The notes under the pieces: model-generated
The model's database searches: none
What the model was told of the DNA's origin: nothing
Seen by the model: the letters and a program-made list of their open reading frames with translations, nothing else
Position numbers and translations under genes: made by a program
In this document: piece by piece, positions 49,413 through 59,500 of the stretch
How the letters are laid out: every line of letters starts with the position of its first letter
Position numbering within the stretch: the first letter of the stretch is position 1
Source of the DNA: Thermodesulfobacteriota bacterium
GTDB taxonomy: Bacteria; Desulfobacterota; Binatia; Bin18
Direction: 5' to 3'
Assembly: GCA_964291405.2 (NCBI GenBank)
Contig: OZ219926.1
Location: 2,944,001-3,008,000 of the forward strand
DNA: 64,000 nt

Positions 49413-49694
49413 ATGAAGCTCGATGTCGTTGACGCCTGTTTTATCGGGGTAGCAGCCCGGTCACATGGAAAAATCCAAGCCGGAGAGGGGTTGGTGAGCA
49501 AAATGCTCGTGGAATGTGATGAGCAGGGCGTAGCACTCCCCGACCCGGAGGAAAAAGCGCTGTACCGGATTTGTAGAGATGGAGAGGACGCCTCTCCACT
49601 GACAGAAGCGATGACGCTCGAAGCGCATCAGGCACTCATCAACCTTTTGCTGAGAGGTCGGGAAGGGATAGGGGGGAAGTTGGCTGAGCTATGA
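49413..49694 (+). CDS. Small hypothetical protein (direct repeat B copy 1)
   Basis: Paralog of 51148-51411. Confidence 0.55.
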   Translation: MKLDVVDACFIGVAARSHGKIQAGEGLVSKMLVECDEQGVALPDPEEKALYRICRDGEDASPLTEAMTLEAHQALINLLLRGREGIGGKLAEL

Positions 49695-49710
49695 AAATCG
49701 GTAAATCCGG

Positions 49711-50919
49711 TCATGCTTTCAGCCAGTCCCCAACGGGTTTCAACAGGAATGCCTCAAGGTCGATGCCGTCGCCCCCGACGAGCAGCTTACGCGTGGGTCG
49801 AAACGCCTCGGAAAAGGCCGCCATGCCCGCCAGCGTATCAACCGCGCGCCCGCTCTTGACCTCAATAGCAACCAGGCTGTTGCCGGCACGGACGACGAAA
49901 TCCACCTCACGGTTACGCTCACGCCAGTAATAGGCTTGGCACTCACCTACGGCCGCGGCGTTGGCCAGATGCGCGCCAACCGCGGACTCGACCAGGCGTC
50001 CCCAAAAGGCAGGGTCTTGGCGGGCCTGCCTGAGTGTCATGCCGGCCTGGGCCGTGATCAGAGCAGTGTTGAAGACCTGGAGCTTGGGGCTCGACGCCCG
50101 CCGCCGCGCTACGCCTCCGGCGTATTTTTGCAGGCCGGTGACCAGACCCGCACCGGACAAGAGGTCGAGGTAATGGGCCAAGGTGGTCGCGTTGCCGGCA
50201 TCTTGGAGCTGGCCGAGCATCTTGGTGTAGGACAGAATCTGTCCGGAGTAGGCGCAGCTCAGTTCAAGCAGTCTGCGTAGCAAAGCCGGCTTGTCGACGC
50301 GAGAGAGGAGCAGCACGTCGCGGGAGATGACAGGTTCAATAAGCGCGTCGCGGACGTAGCGCGCCCAGCGGACCGGCTGTCGGATGAGCGGGGCCGCGCC
50401 GGGATACGCACCGTAGAAGAGGTAGTGCTCCAGAGACCAGCCAAATGTCTGTTGCATTTCGGCAAGGCTCCAGTGCGGCAGACGCACCATCTCGAAACGT
50501 CCGGCCAGGCTCTCGCTCAGGCCGCGCTCGACCAGGAGTGGCGCCGAGCCGAGCAAAACGACCTTGAGCGGACGGCCTATGCGAGTGTCAGCATCCCACA
50601 GGTGCTTCACCGTCTCCGACCAGCCCGTGACCTTCTGCACCTCGTCGAGAACCAGGAGCGCCCCGTCCGTATCTGCCGCATCGGTGAGACTCCGCGCGGC
50701 CTCCCACTGCTGTTCAATCCACTGGACGCCGCGTAAAGTCGGCTCGTCCGCACTGGCATAGCGGGTCGGCAGGCCGGACTGCCTTGCGGCCTGCCCCGCC
50801 AGCGTCGTCTTGCCGACCTGCCGGGCACCGGCAACGACCTGGATAAAACGACGCGGCTCCAGCAGCCGGCTGGTCAACTCTTTGGCCTGGAGACGAGTAT
50901 AGCCGGACAATTTGCTCAT
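49711..50919 (-). CDS. AAA+ ATPase with DUF4143 / PD-(D/E)xK C-terminus
   Basis: GARQVGKTT, LDEVQK, ESLAGRF, YWRERNREVDFV...AIEVKSG. Confidence 0.92.
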   Translation of the reverse strand: MSKLSGYTRLQAKELTSRLLEPRRFIQVVAGARQVGKTTLAGQAARQSGLPTRYASADEPTLRGVQWIEQQWEAARSLTDAADTDGALLVLDEVQKVTGWSETVKHLWDADTRIGRPLKVVLLGSAPLLVERGLSESLAGRFEMVRLPHWSLAEMQQTFGWSLEHYLFYGAYPGAAPLIRQPVRWARYVRDALIEPVISRDVLLLSRVDKPALLRRLLELSCAYSGQILSYTKMLGQLQDAGNATTLAHYLDLLSGAGLVTGLQKYAGGVARRRASSPKLQVFNTALITAQAGMTLRQARQDPAFWGRLVESAVGAHLANAAAVGECQAYYWRERNREVDFVVRAGNSLVAIEVKSGRAVDTLAGMAAFSEAFRPTRKLLVGGDGIDLEAFLLKPVGDWLKA

Positions 50920-51147
50920 GATACTGAGTAATTTTACTCAAGAGAATGAGTAGGTCAAGGCTGTCGAAAGTACCAGGGAATCAATGAGCGGTTTGACGGT
51001 TTCGCCGGTCTGCTGGATAATCTCTTGATTCCTGTCCAGAAATACAGCGTTAGACAATATCCAGGAAGCAATCGCTGCCTGTCTGGAGAGCTTACGAGAT
51101 GAAGGATCACCTCTTCCGGCAGACGTGATAGAATAGGGGGAGGTAGG

Positions 51148-51411
51148 ATGAAGCTTGAGGCCTGTTTTATCGGGATAGCTACCCGGTCACACGGAAAAGT
51201 CCAAGCCGGAGAGGAGTTGGTGAGCGAAATGCTCGTGGAATGTGATGAGCATGGCGGAACACTCCCCGCTCCAGAGGAAACAGTGTTATACCGTATTTGC
51301 AGAGATGATGGGGAGGACGCCTCTCCACTTACGGAAGTGATGACACTTGAAGCGCACCGAGCACTTATCAGGCTTTTGCTGAGAGAAAAGGAAGGCCAAA
51401 ACTGCAAATAA
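51148..51411 (+). CDS. Small hypothetical protein (direct repeat B copy 2)
   Basis: GGAGG RBS; ACFIG..RSHGK.QAGE.LVS.MLVECDE shared with copy 1. Confidence 0.6.
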   Translation: MKLEACFIGIATRSHGKVQAGEELVSEMLVECDEHGGTLPAPEETVLYRICRDDGEDASPLTEVMTLEAHRALIRLLLREKEGQNCK

Positions 51412-51669
51412 AGCACCCCGATGGTTCAATAAGTTATTGATTTTATTGAATTCAGGTCTGAGACCCCCCCCTATATAGTTTTTCTTTGTTTGTTAGAGAG
51501 TAACGGTGTTTTATATATGAATATCCTTCCATCAGCCCCTCAGCTTGGATAAATCTCCCTCACTCTGTTGATTAACGCCCGGAAGTATCCGGTAGTGTCC
51601 GGTGAATTACCGGATATTGCCGGACACTAGAGCGTTCCACGATAAGTTGTAGCCACGCTATTCCGCGCT

Positions 51670-51863
51670 CGTCATGTCGGACCCCGGATCATGTCCGTGG
51701 CAGGCTTTGATCCGGCATCCATGCTTCGACTCCGCCCTTCCGGGCTATGCCCTTCGACGGGGCTCAGGATAGACTCAGCACAAACGGCCTTGCGTTCGCC
51801 CTGAGCGGAGCGAAGTCGAAGGGCCTATCCGGTGGCGGCGAGCCTGCCTGCGCAGGAATGACG
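51670..51863. repeat. Composite nested REP-like cluster
   Basis: A GTCAT...GGAATGAC frame encloses CCCTTCGAC...CTCAG / CTGAGC...GTCGAAGGG units. Confidence 0.75.
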
Positions 51864-52092
51864 GAGGGCTGCACAGCATTGTGATTTGCCCTAGGGCGTA
51901 AAACGCTCTCGCCTCGGGATCACACAAACCCTTGTCCGCCCACATGAAACACGGTAGAACTCAGGCCAGGAGCGGCTCGAAGGGAGAGTGTGGAGAGACG
52001 GAGGTTCCTTTTTACGGGGGAAGTATCCCCCGAGTCCCCTCCTCCGTTTTTCTTTTGGGGATAGCGCCGCTCCGGGCAGTGCGAGGCAAGAC

Positions 52093-52827
52093 ATGCGGGT
52101 GACAGTGCTTGGCGCGGGCGATGCGTTCTGTAGCGGGGGGCGGCGCCATAGCGGCTATCTGGTTGAAGCCCCCGGTGCCTGCTTTCTGCTCGATTGCGGC
52201 ACGACCACGCTGCTCGCCCTCAAATCGCTCGGTATTTCAGCGGACCGCATAGACTTTGTGGCCATCAGCCATCTGCACGGCGATCATTTTGGCGGCCTGC
52301 CGTTTCTCTTTCTCGAATATATCTATGAAAAACAGCGCTCCCGGCCCCTCACCATCGTCGGGCCGCCGGGGACCGAAGAGCGGGTGCGCACTCTCCACGC
52401 CACTATGTACCGCGAGTTGTCGCAACGGCCGTGCTGCTTTGATATGCGCTTCCGGGAACTGATGCCGGGCCAGCAGACGGCCCTCTTCGGCGTGCAGTTG
52501 TTTCCCTTCCGTGTGCCGCACCAGGAGCGGGATATTTCGTTTGGCTATCGGGCCGAAACCGCCGGTCGGGCGCTGTTGTATTCGGGCGACTGCGGCTGGA
52601 ACGAGGATTTGATCCGGTATTCGCGCGGGACCGACCTGTTTATCTGTGAGTGTTGCTATTTTCAGACCGAGACCTCATTCCATATCAGCTATCCCAGGAT
52701 CGCCCAGGAGCAGCATCGCCTGGGCTGTAAACGCCTGCTGCTCAGCCATATTGGCCGGGAAGTCCTTGAACGGCAGGGCGAGGTCTCGCTGGAATGCGCC
52801 CATGACGGGATGGTGATCGAGGTCTAG
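52093..52827 (+). CDS. MBL-fold metallo-hydrolase (RNase Z/BN-like)
   Basis: VLGAGDAF, LLDCG, SHLHGDHFGG, YSGD. Confidence 0.9.
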   Translation: MRVTVLGAGDAFCSGGRRHSGYLVEAPGACFLLDCGTTTLLALKSLGISADRIDFVAISHLHGDHFGGLPFLFLEYIYEKQRSRPLTIVGPPGTEERVRTLHATMYRELSQRPCCFDMRFRELMPGQQTALFGVQLFPFRVPHQERDISFGYRAETAGRALLYSGDCGWNEDLIRYSRGTDLFICECCYFQTETSFHISYPRIAQEQHRLGCKRLLLSHIGREVLERQGEVSLECAHDGMVIEV

Positions 52828-52845
52828 TCAGACCTGATTTCTTTT

Positions 52846-52903
52846 CCTGGGAGGGCGGCCATCCTGGCCGCCATGCAGGCTGGAAGCCCGCACTCCTCAA
52901 GGA
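52846..52903. repeat. REP-like element GGGAGGGCGGCCATCCTGGCCGC...GCAGGCTGGAAGCCCGCACTCC
   Basis: Two short hairpins inside an outer inverted repeat. Confidence 0.6.
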
Positions 52904-52946
52904 GGAGAGAGACGCGCTCCACAGCCGCGTGATTTGCCCTAATACC

Positions 52947-52975
52947 TTGACGCTATTACTGTTTGCCCCTACACT
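52947..52975 (+). promoter_or_regulatory. Sigma70 promoter of the aroQ-accBC operon
   Basis: TTGACG-17-TACACT, 12 nt before the ATG. Confidence 0.65.
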
Positions 52976-52987
52976 TTCCCCTTCCTT

Positions 52988-53428
52988 ATGTCGATACGCA
53001 TCCTTGTCTTACACGGCCCGAACCTGAATATGCTGGGTCTGCGTGAGCCCGACATTTACGGGACAACGACCTTGGCCGACGTGAATGACCGGATTGCGGC
53101 CCTGGCTCAGGAGCTTGGCGTCGAGGTCGATACCTTTCAGTCGAATCACGAGGGCCAGTTGGTCGATAAAATCCAGGCCGCCCGCGGCCAGTACACGGCG
53201 CTCATCATCAACGCCGGCGCCTATACCCATACGAGTGTTGCCCTGCTGGACGCGATTTTATCGGCCGAACTCCCGACTATCGAGGTCCACCTCTCGAATC
53301 TGTATAAACGCGAATCATTTCGCCATCACTCCTATATCGCGAGCGCGGCGGTCGGGCAGATCTGCGGCTTTGGCGCGGACAGCTATCTGCTGGGGTTACG
53401 CGCGGCGGTTGCCCTCGCCCGGAGTTGA
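52988..53428 (+). CDS. aroQ: Type II 3-dehydroquinate dehydratase
   Basis: [31 protein letters not shown]. Confidence 0.97.
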   Translation: MSIRILVLHGPNLNMLGLREPDIYGTTTLADVNDRIAALAQELGVEVDTFQSNHEGQLVDKIQAARGQYTALIINAGAYTHTSVALLDAILSAELPTIEVHLSNLYKRESFRHHSYIASAAVGQICGFGADSYLLGLRAAVALARS

Positions 53429-53519
53429 GCCTTCTCTGGGATTTGTCAAAACGATGTCAGGGTAGTGCAGAGCGTGCTATAAAGAGAGTCGTTGGTATGG
53501 CATCGAGTGAAGGACACGT

Positions 53520-53972
53520 ATGGAGATTGACGAAATCCGGAAGCTCATTGAGCTGATGGAAGAAAAAGGGGTCAGCGAGCTGGAGCTCAAACATCGTGCG
53601 GGCGAGGTTCGCCTGGTGCGCGGGGAACCGGCTTCCGTGCCCGCGACCGTCCAGCCGCAGCCGGCCCCACCCCCGGTTTCGCCTCCGGCGGAGGCCGCCA
53701 CCGCGGCCCAGGAACAGGACGGCCTTGACCCCGGCTTGACCATCACCTCGCCTATGGTCGGCACCTTTTATGGTGCGCCCAACCCCGACGCCTCGCCCTT
53801 TGTGGCGGTCGGCGGGATGGTGGAAACCGGCGATGTGGTGTGCATCATCGAAGCCATGAAAATGATGAATGAGATCGAGGCGGAGATTCGCGGGCGGGTG
53901 CGCCGGGTTTTGGTCGAGAACGGCCAGCCGGTCGAATATGGCCAAGCCCTGTTTCTCCTTGAGCCCGTGTAG
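53520..53972 (+). CDS. accB: Acetyl-CoA carboxylase biotin carboxyl carrier protein
   Basis: SPMVGTFY, EAMKMMNEI. Confidence 0.97.
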   Translation: MEIDEIRKLIELMEEKGVSELELKHRAGEVRLVRGEPASVPATVQPQPAPPPVSPPAEAATAAQEQDGLDPGLTITSPMVGTFYGAPNPDASPFVAVGGMVETGDVVCIIEAMKMMNEIEAEIRGRVRRVLVENGQPVEYGQALFLLEPV

Positions 53973-54033
53973 GTGGGTCGTTGAGTCTATTGGGTCTTCA
54001 TGAAAATCCTGCATAATCACAGAAATCCTGGTC

Positions 54034-55422
54034 GTGTTTAAGAAAGTCCTCATTGCCAATCGGGGCGAGATTGCGGTTCGTATCCTGCGGGCCTGCCGGG
54101 CCATGGAGATTGCCACCGTGGCCGTGTACTCGACGGCCGACCGTGACGCCCTGCACGTCCGCCTGGCCGATGAGAGCGTGTGTATCGGGCCGCCGAATCC
54201 GCTCGAAAGCTATCTCAATATTCCCGCGATTGTCAGCGCCGCGCTGGCCTTTGGCGCGGATGCCGTTCATCCCGGCTATGGGTTTCTGTCCGAGAACGGC
54301 GATTTTGCCGAGGCGTGTCAGCGCTCGGGCCTGACCTTTATCGGTCCCCGCGTCCGCAACATCCGTCTGATGGGGGATAAACCGCGCGCGCGGCGGATCA
54401 TGGAGCGTGCCGGCGTGCCGGTTTTATCCGGAACCTCGTCCGGGACCACGGATGTCAAAGAAGCCCAGGCCGTGGCGGCCCAGATCGGCTTTCCCATTCT
54501 GATAAAAGCCGCGGGCGGCGGCGGCGGGCGCGGCCTGCGGGTCGTCCAGAATCCCCACGAACTCTCGACCCTGTTTGCCGTTGCCCGGGAAGAGGGCGAA
54601 AACGCGTTTGGGAACGGGACGCTGTACGTCGAGAAATATCTGGAACGCGCCCGGCATATCGAATTTCAAATCGTGGGCGACCAACACCGCAACGTCATTC
54701 ACCTTGGGGAGCGTGAGTGTTCGATCCAGCGCCGCTATCAGAAACTCATTGAGGAAGCACCCTCGCCGGCCCTGACCAAACGCCTGCGCGAACGGATGGG
54801 CGCCATGGCCGTCAAGGCGGCCCAAGCGGTCGGCTATACCAATGTCGGGACGATTGAATTTTTGCTCGACCCTCAGGGCCACTTCTACTTTATTGAAATG
54901 AATACCCGAGTCCAGGTGGAACACCCGGTGACCGAGATGATGACGGGCATAGACGTGGTTCAGGCCGGCATCCGCTCGGCCGGGGGTGAGCCCTTGCCCT
55001 GGCGTCAGAAGGATATCCGTTTTTCAGGCCACGCCATCGAGTGCCGGGTGGTGGCCGAAGACCCCATCACCATGCTGCCTTCTCCTGGGACGATTCGGAC
55101 CTATCATCCCCCGGGCGGAATGGGTGTCCGGGTGGAAGCCGGCGTGATGGAGAACAGCACGGTTCCCGTTTACTATGACTCTCTGGTGGCAAAAGTCATT
55201 GTGAGCGCCCAGACGCGCGCCGAGGCCGTCCAACGGATGCGCGCCGCCCTGTCGGAATATCGGATTGACGGTATTAAAACGAATATCCCGCTGCACCAAA
55301 GAATTCTGCGCGACCGGGATTTTTTAGCCGGCAAGGTGCACACACGGTATCTGGATACATTTTTGGCCCGCTCGAATAATGGTGCGGCTCGCCCGTCCCA
55401 ACGCACCACCAAGGAGGTGTAG
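54034..55422 (+). CDS. accC: Biotin carboxylase
   Basis: LIANRGEIA, HPGYGFLSEN, GGGGRG, EMNTRVQVEHPVTE. Confidence 0.97.
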   Translation: MFKKVLIANRGEIAVRILRACRAMEIATVAVYSTADRDALHVRLADESVCIGPPNPLESYLNIPAIVSAALAFGADAVHPGYGFLSENGDFAEACQRSGLTFIGPRVRNIRLMGDKPRARRIMERAGVPVLSGTSSGTTDVKEAQAVAAQIGFPILIKAAGGGGGRGLRVVQNPHELSTLFAVAREEGENAFGNGTLYVEKYLERARHIEFQIVGDQHRNVIHLGERECSIQRRYQKLIEEAPSPALTKRLRERMGAMAVKAAQAVGYTNVGTIEFLLDPQGHFYFIEMNTRVQVEHPVTEMMTGIDVVQAGIRSAGGEPLPWRQKDIRFSGHAIECRVVAEDPITMLPSPGTIRTYHPPGGMGVRVEAGVMENSTVPVYYDSLVAKVIVSAQTRAEAVQRMRAALSEYRIDGIKTNIPLHQRILRDRDFLAGKVHTRYLDTFLARSNNGAARPSQRTTKEV

Positions 55423-55424
55423 CC

Positions 55425-56501
55425 ATGCGTTTCGGGACTTCTGCCGCCCTTGTGTTGACTGTTTTCTTCTCTCTTGCCTGTCTCGATGTCGTCCCAGGAG
55501 CGCGCGCCGAGTCTGAGACGCCTCCGAGCGGCGGCACAACCCCCGATACGGTGGCCTTTATCGGTCCTCGGATGCAGGTTGCCGAGCCCGTGTTCGATTT
55601 TGGACAGGTCGAACAGGGGGAACAGGTGACGCATGATTTTCGATTCACCAATCAGGGCAACCGGGATTTGCGGGTGCAGTCCGTCAAAACCTCGTGCGGC
55701 TGTACCGCCGCGGTGATTGCCGCGGATACCATCCCGCCCGGCACGGAGGGCACTATTCAGGCCACGTTTGACACCAAGCGGTTTGCCGGCCAGAAGGCCA
55801 AAGACATCCGCGTCCATACCAACGATCCCCTCAGCCCGGTCACGACCCTGACGCTCCGGGGAGAGATTACCACCGAGATGCAGGTGCAGCCGGCCCAGCT
55901 GTATCTCGGACGGCTCCAGCGCGGCGTCCCGACCACACGCACGGTCACGGTTCTGTACGATGAAAACAAATCCCTGGAAATCACGGACATCACCAATGGC
56001 AATCCCGCCATCAACGTCCGGGCAGAAGATGCCCAGGTCGAGGGCAAAAAGGGTAAGGCGCTTCAGGTGAGTGTTTCCAAAACCGCCCGGCGCGGCCCGC
56101 TCAACGACACCATTACGGTTACCACGACGAGCACGAAAAAGCCGACCATTAGCATTCCGGTTGTGGGGAGTATCGAAGGCGATATCAGTGTCTCGCCGTC
56201 CCAGGTCTCGTTTGGGGTCGTCCGCCAAGGAGTCGGAGAGACCCGGACGGTGCGTATCAAGAACCGCTCCGCTCAGCCCCTCAGCATTGGACAGGTACAG
56301 AGTTCGCTCGCCAGCGTTGTCCCCGAGCTGACCGAGGTCACGCCGGGCAAAGAGTTTGAGCTGCGCTTACATATCACGGGCGACACGGAGCCGGGTCGGA
56401 TACGCGGCAGCATTGAGATCATGACCGACCATCCCGAAGAAACACAGCTCACGATTCCCCTGTTCGGTATTGTCGCTGCCGCGCAGCAGGCCAGCCGCTA
56501 A
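55425..56501 (+). CDS. DUF1573 / Ig-like exported protein
   Basis: FDFG...FTNQG...KTSCGCT...IPPG; three Ig-like repeats. Confidence 0.85.
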   Translation: MRFGTSAALVLTVFFSLACLDVVPGARAESETPPSGGTTPDTVAFIGPRMQVAEPVFDFGQVEQGEQVTHDFRFTNQGNRDLRVQSVKTSCGCTAAVIAADTIPPGTEGTIQATFDTKRFAGQKAKDIRVHTNDPLSPVTTLTLRGEITTEMQVQPAQLYLGRLQRGVPTTRTVTVLYDENKSLEITDITNGNPAINVRAEDAQVEGKKGKALQVSVSKTARRGPLNDTITVTTTSTKKPTISIPVVGSIEGDISVSPSQVSFGVVRQGVGETRTVRIKNRSAQPLSIGQVQSSLASVVPELTEVTPGKEFELRLHITGDTEPGRIRGSIEIMTDHPEETQLTIPLFGIVAAAQQASR

Positions 56502-56511
56502 CACGTCGTCT

Positions 56512-59500
56512 ATGGATGTAGGTCCGTCGTTCGCTGCCCCCCTCTCGGTTGCCCTTGAGACAACAGCGCGGCTCAGTGCTGCTGCGCCTGCACCCAATGT
56601 CATCCGTCTGGCCGGACTCAAGGGCGCGGCGCCGGCGTTTTTCATAGCCCGTCATCTGCAACACACTCCGCAGCCAACGCTGTGTGTGCTGCCGTCGGAT
56701 AAACAGGCCGAGACCTTCGCCGCCGACCTGCGCTTCTTTATCGGGCAGGACCTTGCCCCGCGGGTCCGTTACTACCCGGCCTGGGACGTGTCGGTGGCCG
56801 ACGGCCTGTCTCCCAACAGTGAGGTCGTCGCCGCACAGATTGAGGGGCTGTACGATGCGCTCTCAGTCGCCACCCCTATTCTCGTCACCTCGGCCCAGGC
56901 CCTGCTGCAAAGGCTCCTGCCCCAGGAAGAGTTCATCACCGCGACCTTCCGGCTGCGCACCGGCGATGAACTCCCGCTGTCCGCGTTCGTTGATTACTGC
57001 CTGCAGTGGGGCTACCGGCGGGTCCCGCTGGTTGAAGAAAAAGGCGAAATCAGTGTCCGCGGGGGGATTGTTGACCTCTTCCCGCCGCTCGCCCGGTACC
57101 CGCTGCGGGTCGAGTTCCTTGGAGACTGCATCGAGACCATGCGCTCGTTTGATCCGGCCTCGCAGCGTTCGCTCGATACCTGCGAGGAGCTCATGGTTTT
57201 ACCCATGCGCTTCTTTTCGGTCGCGCGTCTCCAGGCCGCCTGGCGCACGATTGAAGAGGCGCTGGATGCCGGAGACATTTCTCATCGGGAACAGCAGCGG
57301 ATTATCGAAAATCTCAAGAGCGGGTTGCCTTTCCCTGGGGTCGAGTTCTTCCTGCCGTATCTCTACCCCGATTTAGAGCACGTGTGGGAGTATCTGCCCC
57401 GCGGAACGGTCGTGTGGGCCCTGGACCCGGTTGAACAGGAAAGAGCGGCTGAGACATTTTGGGAACAGCTTGAATCACGAGTGGCCACGGCCCGCGAGGC
57501 TGGCCGGTTTGTCCCGCCTCCCGAGCACTACTACCTGTCGGCGAAACGGGAGTTGGACGGGCGCGCAGCCTTCTTAACCGTCGAGGTGCGTGGCCTGGAG
57601 ACCGTCGGGGCTGACTGTACCGTCACCTCGATGCTGCATCTTGGCCTGAAACCCGGTGCGTCTCCTCCAGGCGCCGAAAAAAGCCTGGCACCCCTTGTCG
57701 CGCGTATCCGGCAGTGGCAGGACGAGCAGCAGCAAATCTATCTGACCGTTTCGAGTCAACGCCAGGCCGACCACCTCCAACATCTCTTGCTTGGCCATGA
57801 GTTGGAACTCCCCATCGAGCCGGCGCGGGTGTGGGACGCGCAGGGAAGAAAGAGTAAACGTCCCCTCCAATCAGACAAAAAAGCTGGGGCGTTTACTCTT
57901 TTAGAGCGCCAGCACCCGCGGACCGCGATTGTGGTGGGGCATTTGTCGCAGGGTTTTACGCTGCCCGCAGACGGGCTGGTCTTCCTGGCTGAAGAAGAGA
58001 TTTTTGGCGAGCGCCGCCACAGACGGCGTTCCCGTCCGCGTCCGGTGGCCGACTATCTGACCGGACTCAGCCAACTGGCTGCCGGCGACTATGTGGTCCA
58101 CACCGACCACGGCATTGCCCGCTATCACGGGCTCCAGCACCTGAGCGTGGCCGATACCACGGGCGACTATCTCTACCTCGAATATGTCGGTGGCGACAAA
58201 CTCTACGTGCCGGTTGAGCGCATCAATCTGGTCCAGAAGTATGCGGGTGCGGATGGAAAAGAACCCAGCCTGGACCGCTTGGGCGGCCAGACCTGGGAGC
58301 GCGTCAAGCGCAAAACCCGGGAAGCCATTCAGGCCATGGCCCGCGAGCTGCTCGAAATTCATGCGGTTCGGGAAAGCGTCGCGCGGCCCGCTCTGGCCAC
58401 CTTCACCGACGACTACGAGGAGTTTGTGGCTCGTTTTCCGTTTGAAGAAACCCGCGGCCAGCGGACCGCCATAGAAGACGTGGAAGCCGATCTGCAAAGC
58501 CCCAAACCCATGGACCGTCTGGTCTGTGGCGATGTGGGCTACGGCAAGACTGAGGTCGCGCTCCGGGCGGCCTATCTGGCGGTTGAAAATGGCAAACAGG
58601 TCGCCGTCCTGGTGCCCACAACGGTGCTCGCCCAACAGCACGCCGAGACCTTCAGCCGCCGCTTCGCCGACTATCCCATCCGGGTCGAGCTGCTCAATCG
58701 ATTCCGCTCGGTCCAGGAAGCCAAGGCCGTGGTCCGCGGCCTGGCCGCCGGAACGGTGGATATCGTCATCGGTACCCACCGTCTCTTACAGCGCGACATT
58801 GTGTTCAGGGAACTCGGCCTGGTCGTCATCGACGAAGAGCATCGGTTCGGGGTGACGCATAAAGAAAAGATCAAACGCCTGCGCCACGAGGTTGATGTCT
58901 TGACGCTGTCGGCTACACCCATCCCGCGTTCGCTCAATATGGGTATGATGGGCCTGCGCGACCTGAGCGTGATTGAAACCCCGCCCGTGGACCGCCAGGC
59001 CATCCGGACCTATGTGGCCCGCTTTGATGAAGACCTCATCCGCTCGGCGGTTCTGCAAGAACTCGCCCGGGGAGGACAGGTCTTTTTTGTCCATAATCGG
59101 GTCGAGAGCATCGAAAAAATGGCCGACCAGTTACGAGCGCTCGTGCCCGAGGCGATCCTGGCGGTTGCCCACGGCCAGATGGGGGAACGCGAGCTGGAAA
59201 TGGTCATGCTGGACTTCATGCACCACCGGGTGAACGTGCTATGCTGCTCAGCTATTATTGAGTCCGGGCTCGATATCCCGACCGCGAACACGATTATTAT
59301 TAACCGGGCGGACCATTTTGGCCTGGCGCAACTGTATCAGCTGCGCGGTCGGGTCGGACGGTCCGCGATGCGCGCCTATGCCTATTTGCTCATCCCGGGG
59401 GAGCACGCCCTGACCCGGGACGCTCAGCGGCGTTTGGAGGTCCTCCAGGAGCTGGACGACCTGGGCGGGGGGTTTCGTTTGGCGGCCCATGATCTGGAGA

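Noticed and set aside
40151-51630. Island integrated into tRNA-Sec
   Set aside because: The island lies on the 5' side of selC; no duplicated tRNA 3' end and no integrase were seen
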